Below, in pieces: positions 60,896 to 64,000 of a DNA stretch of 64,000 bases. Origin of the DNA: Balamuthia mandrillaris (Eukaryota); NCBI GenBank assembly GCA_031835245.2, contig JAVKOQ020000045.1:62001-126000 (forward strand). The letters are read 5' to 3'. The notes below the pieces were generated by a model. That model did not search any database. It had not been told where the DNA came from and saw only the letters and a list, made by a program, of their open reading frames with translations. The position numbers and the translations under genes were made by a program. Every line of letters starts with the position of its first letter. Position 1 is the first letter of the stretch.

Positions 60896-62509
60896 TCACT
60901 TCAGGCTATAACCTTTACCAGGGAATCTTTCCTTCGTGGTGGTAGCAGCGGAACTAGACTTTGGTGCTCCCTCTTTCTCCTTTCCTTTATCATTGCTGGT
61001 TGGCGGGGCAGCTGGTCGTCCAAAGAGCATTCCTCCTTTGGAAGTACGTAATGGTTGTTGTTGTTGCTGTGGTTGTTGTGAAGAAGAAGCTGAAGATGAA
61101 GAGGTTCGTAAAGGGGGAGCAGCTGTTCTGGAAGACGAAGAAGAGGGGGAAGATGAAGGAGGCTCATCTACAGGTTTGCCGTTGAGCCGTTGGCCAGTGC
61201 CAGGAAAACGGGGTGCCTCTTTGACAGCTGCCTGCGCTTGATCGCTCGATGACGAGCCTTGTGGAGCACTTGCTGCAGCAACTTGTTTCAACGCTTGCCT
61301 CGCCTTCTCTTCCGCTTCTATATTGTATTTGAAATATTGAATTAGCGCAAACTGTTCACTCAAAAAGAAAGAAAAGGAAATAAGGTCGTGTTAGCACCTT
61401 TCTTTTCTCTGGCAATAGCCTCAGGAGACGCAGCGAAATCGACCACAACATCCGTTTCAATGATGGAAATTCCGTGGTTGGTGCTATCGGGTTTAACTTC
61501 CAGCACGGTTAAGTAATAGTTTTTGTTGTTGTACTTGATGCAAATAACATCATCCTTTGTCAATGCTGCCCAGTTTCGGAGTGCATTCTCCAGCCTGTTT
61601 ATAGCAGCCAACTGATATATCAATAAAAGAAGAGAGAGGCAAAGGAGAAAAGAAAGAGTAGAAAATAGGACATAGAGACAGAGAAGATAACGTCTTGGAG
61701 TTGTGAATAAAGAAGAGGGCGCGTACACAGCTCGAGGGTTAGATATTTCGAGGAAGCTATCGTCTGTTGGTTGCAATTTTACATAAGATCCTTTGGGCAA
61801 TGTTGTGCTTTTGACCGTTATCAGTTGTCCTTCGACCAACAGCAGTTGTTGCATCATCTGGGCTCAAGTTAGCTCCAGCAAGGAGACACAAAGAGAGGAA
61901 GAGAGAGGGGAGAGGGAAAAGAGGCTTGCAGAAAGATCAGGGAGGAAAAAAAAAACATAGGCAAAGACAAACCCAATAGGGAAGGTAACAAAAGCCTTCT
62001 TCAGCCACAAACTCCAGTACACCGCAGTGCGTGCGTTGCCCATGGGCACCCGTCAGCTGGAAAAGCATGGGATAGTCGATGCTTAGGCGAGCTTCACATA
62101 GTATGAAAAACAGTTAGAAAAAAAAAAACGTTAGTAGAACGCTGTTTTTTTTGTAGCACATACCAAGTGTGTCCAAAGCGGTCGGAGGCAGGATGACTAC
62201 AAAAAAAACAGCAGGGAACGAGGGCTGGTTAGGTTTTAACGTGGTGTAAAAGTGGGAGAAAGGAAGAAGTGGTTTTACTTTTGCCGCCGTTTTCAAGATG
62301 CTCTTTGCCCACATAAGCCACAGAATGGGCTCTGTACTGCCGTTCAAAGGTGCCTTGCGGGGGCCTCATCAAAAGATTGGTAAGGTCGATCAAGCTCTGT
62401 CAACCAACAAAAAAAGAAAAATTGTTAGTCACATGAGGAGTGGGTACTCTCCCTCCCACCGGATGCCGGCCTAACAAACAAACACGAACAGAGGAAAACA
62501 ACCCACCAT
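60896..62509 (-). CDS. UFD1: Ubiquitin fusion degradation protein UFD1, multi-exon (start uncertain)
   Basis: [55 protein letters not shown] boxes FPGTGQRL and FPGKGYSL. Confidence 0.92.
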
Positions 62510-62770
62510 TTTGATCCCAAGAAGTAGCAGAAGAAGAAGAAGAAGCAAGATTTGTTATCGAGGAGGACGCTTGCCAAAGCAGCACAGCAGCTGTTGGGGG
62601 GTTTCTTTTGTGTTGTGTTTTGGCGGTGACTTTTCTCGAGACGACCTGGGCGGAAAAATTCACCGTTGTGACATCAGACATCGACGTGGCAGCAAACCAT
62701 TGGGTCAGAGCACAACGCGGAAGTAGAGAGACGAGAGAGAGACGAGAGAGGAGAGAGACGAGGGAGGGAG

Positions 62771-62815
<45 letters not shown>

Positions 62816-62910
62816 AACAGGCATCAAAAGAAGCGTTTCCGCTCGTTCTTCAACACCGAAAATAAATAGTAATAAGGGAATAGATACATAGTTTGGAAGA
62901 AGGTTGCTGT

Positions 62911-63583
62911 TCAGTCGTCGCTGCTGGTATTGTACTGCACGTGTGTTGGAAAGGTGTTGTAGGTGGAAGTATAACCGGCATGATACGTGATGATCCTTGG
63001 GAAATGACCGGGAGGCACCTCGCCTCCTCCTCCTCCCACAAAAGGTGCAGCACTATACTGTTGTTGCTGTTGCGGCACCACTTGACTATTAACATTTCCC
63101 TTCTTTTGTTGTTGCTTGCGTGCCACGAAATCCGCGTCACTATCATCCGTCGCCGTTCCATCTCCAGATTCGCCTCCAACGCCGCCACCAATGCCTCCGA
63201 TCATACCACCAGCTCCTCCGATAGTGCCCTCGCGTCGATGCGTGAGGATCAAAGTCATAAGGATGAGCACCAACGGCACGATCTCCAGCACCACAAAGTA
63301 GAGCAGGGTGATCCACCATACCACTGCAAAGGTGCGAGGCATGATTACGGCGTTCAGCTCTACGACGGCGCGCAGGGTGAAGCCAATGGTACAAATGGCA
63401 GAGATGAGGGAGACCTTCTTGAGGAGGTTGCGTTTAACGCGGGACATTAGCCGCCAGGACTCTCCCTTTTGGATAAGGCGGGAGGAGAGCACAATGCCGG
63501 AGATCAGGAAGCCGATGCCCGTGCCGCCACCCACTGCTACTTGCACCAACCAAATGGACTTTTTGGGAAAATCATTTTTGATG

Positions 63584-63625
<42 letters not shown>

Positions 63626-64000
63626 CGAAATGAGCATGAATGACAGATAGGAGAAGAACTAAGATATGGAAGCATTTACCTTTTCAACCTTGGTTTGAAG
63701 AAGAGCCACGTCTGTGTGGATCATGCTGTAGACGGTCATGTCTACTATGTACAAGACAACCTGAAACCACACTGTTGGTATAAGTAACGGTAGCATAACT
63801 TCCTCCTCCTCCTCCTCTCTCTCTCTCTCTCTCTCACTCTTCTCTGCTTTTCTCATCTCGAGCCTCTTATTTAAGTGGTCATAGATCGAGCTTCTTTCCT
63901 TCGTTCTCGTTCGTCTCCATTTTCACGCTCTCCTCTTTCTCCTTTCTTTCGCTTCTCTTCGTTTGTACATACCGCAATCGTAAACAATACAGCAACAATG
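62911..64000 (-). CDS. THH1/TOM1/TOM3 (GPR137-like) multi-pass membrane protein, 5'-partial
   Basis: LLKKVSLISAICTIGFTLRA...LLYFVVLEIVPLVLILM, with additional TM exons upstream. Confidence 0.6.

Noticed and set aside
1..64000. Transposase, reverse transcriptase, viral or rRNA genes
   Set aside because: No diagnostic motifs were recognised in any ORF or intergenic region.

Overview
Gene-dense, intron-rich eukaryotic nuclear DNA with short GT-AG introns, many containing sense-strand (CT)n tracts. The gene content suggests a free-living amoeba of the Acanthamoeba/Balamuthia type; this is an inference, not a determination. About 27 protein genes can be reconstructed by hand-splicing the ORF fragments. 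Housekeeping genes include cyclin H, ECM29, APC10, UFD1, NADH-cytochrome b5 reductase, Romo1/Mgr2, two SDRs, a PPR protein and an APLF-like protein. The unusual architectures are: (1) a major-vault-protein paralogue with repeats R1-R7 that ends in a hydrophobic tail instead of the shoulder/cap; (2) an intronless SAM-PB1 protein carrying three FixL-type heme-PAS domains; (3) an LRR-coiled-coil-kinase-RING/Rcat protein built from 84-nt LRR exons, with a kinase lesion; (4) an intron-containing penicillin/AHL-acylase; (5) a bacterial-type Thg1-like 3'-5' polymerase; and (6) an RGS-DEP-DUF547 protein. Non-coding signals include a palindrome TGTCGACA recurring just upstream of many start codons, solo Pol III B-boxes without tRNA bodies, and an AT-rich, CpG-poor first ~1.9 kb whose direct repeat differs almost only by transitions. 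Exon boundaries and family assignments were made by eye, with no database searches.
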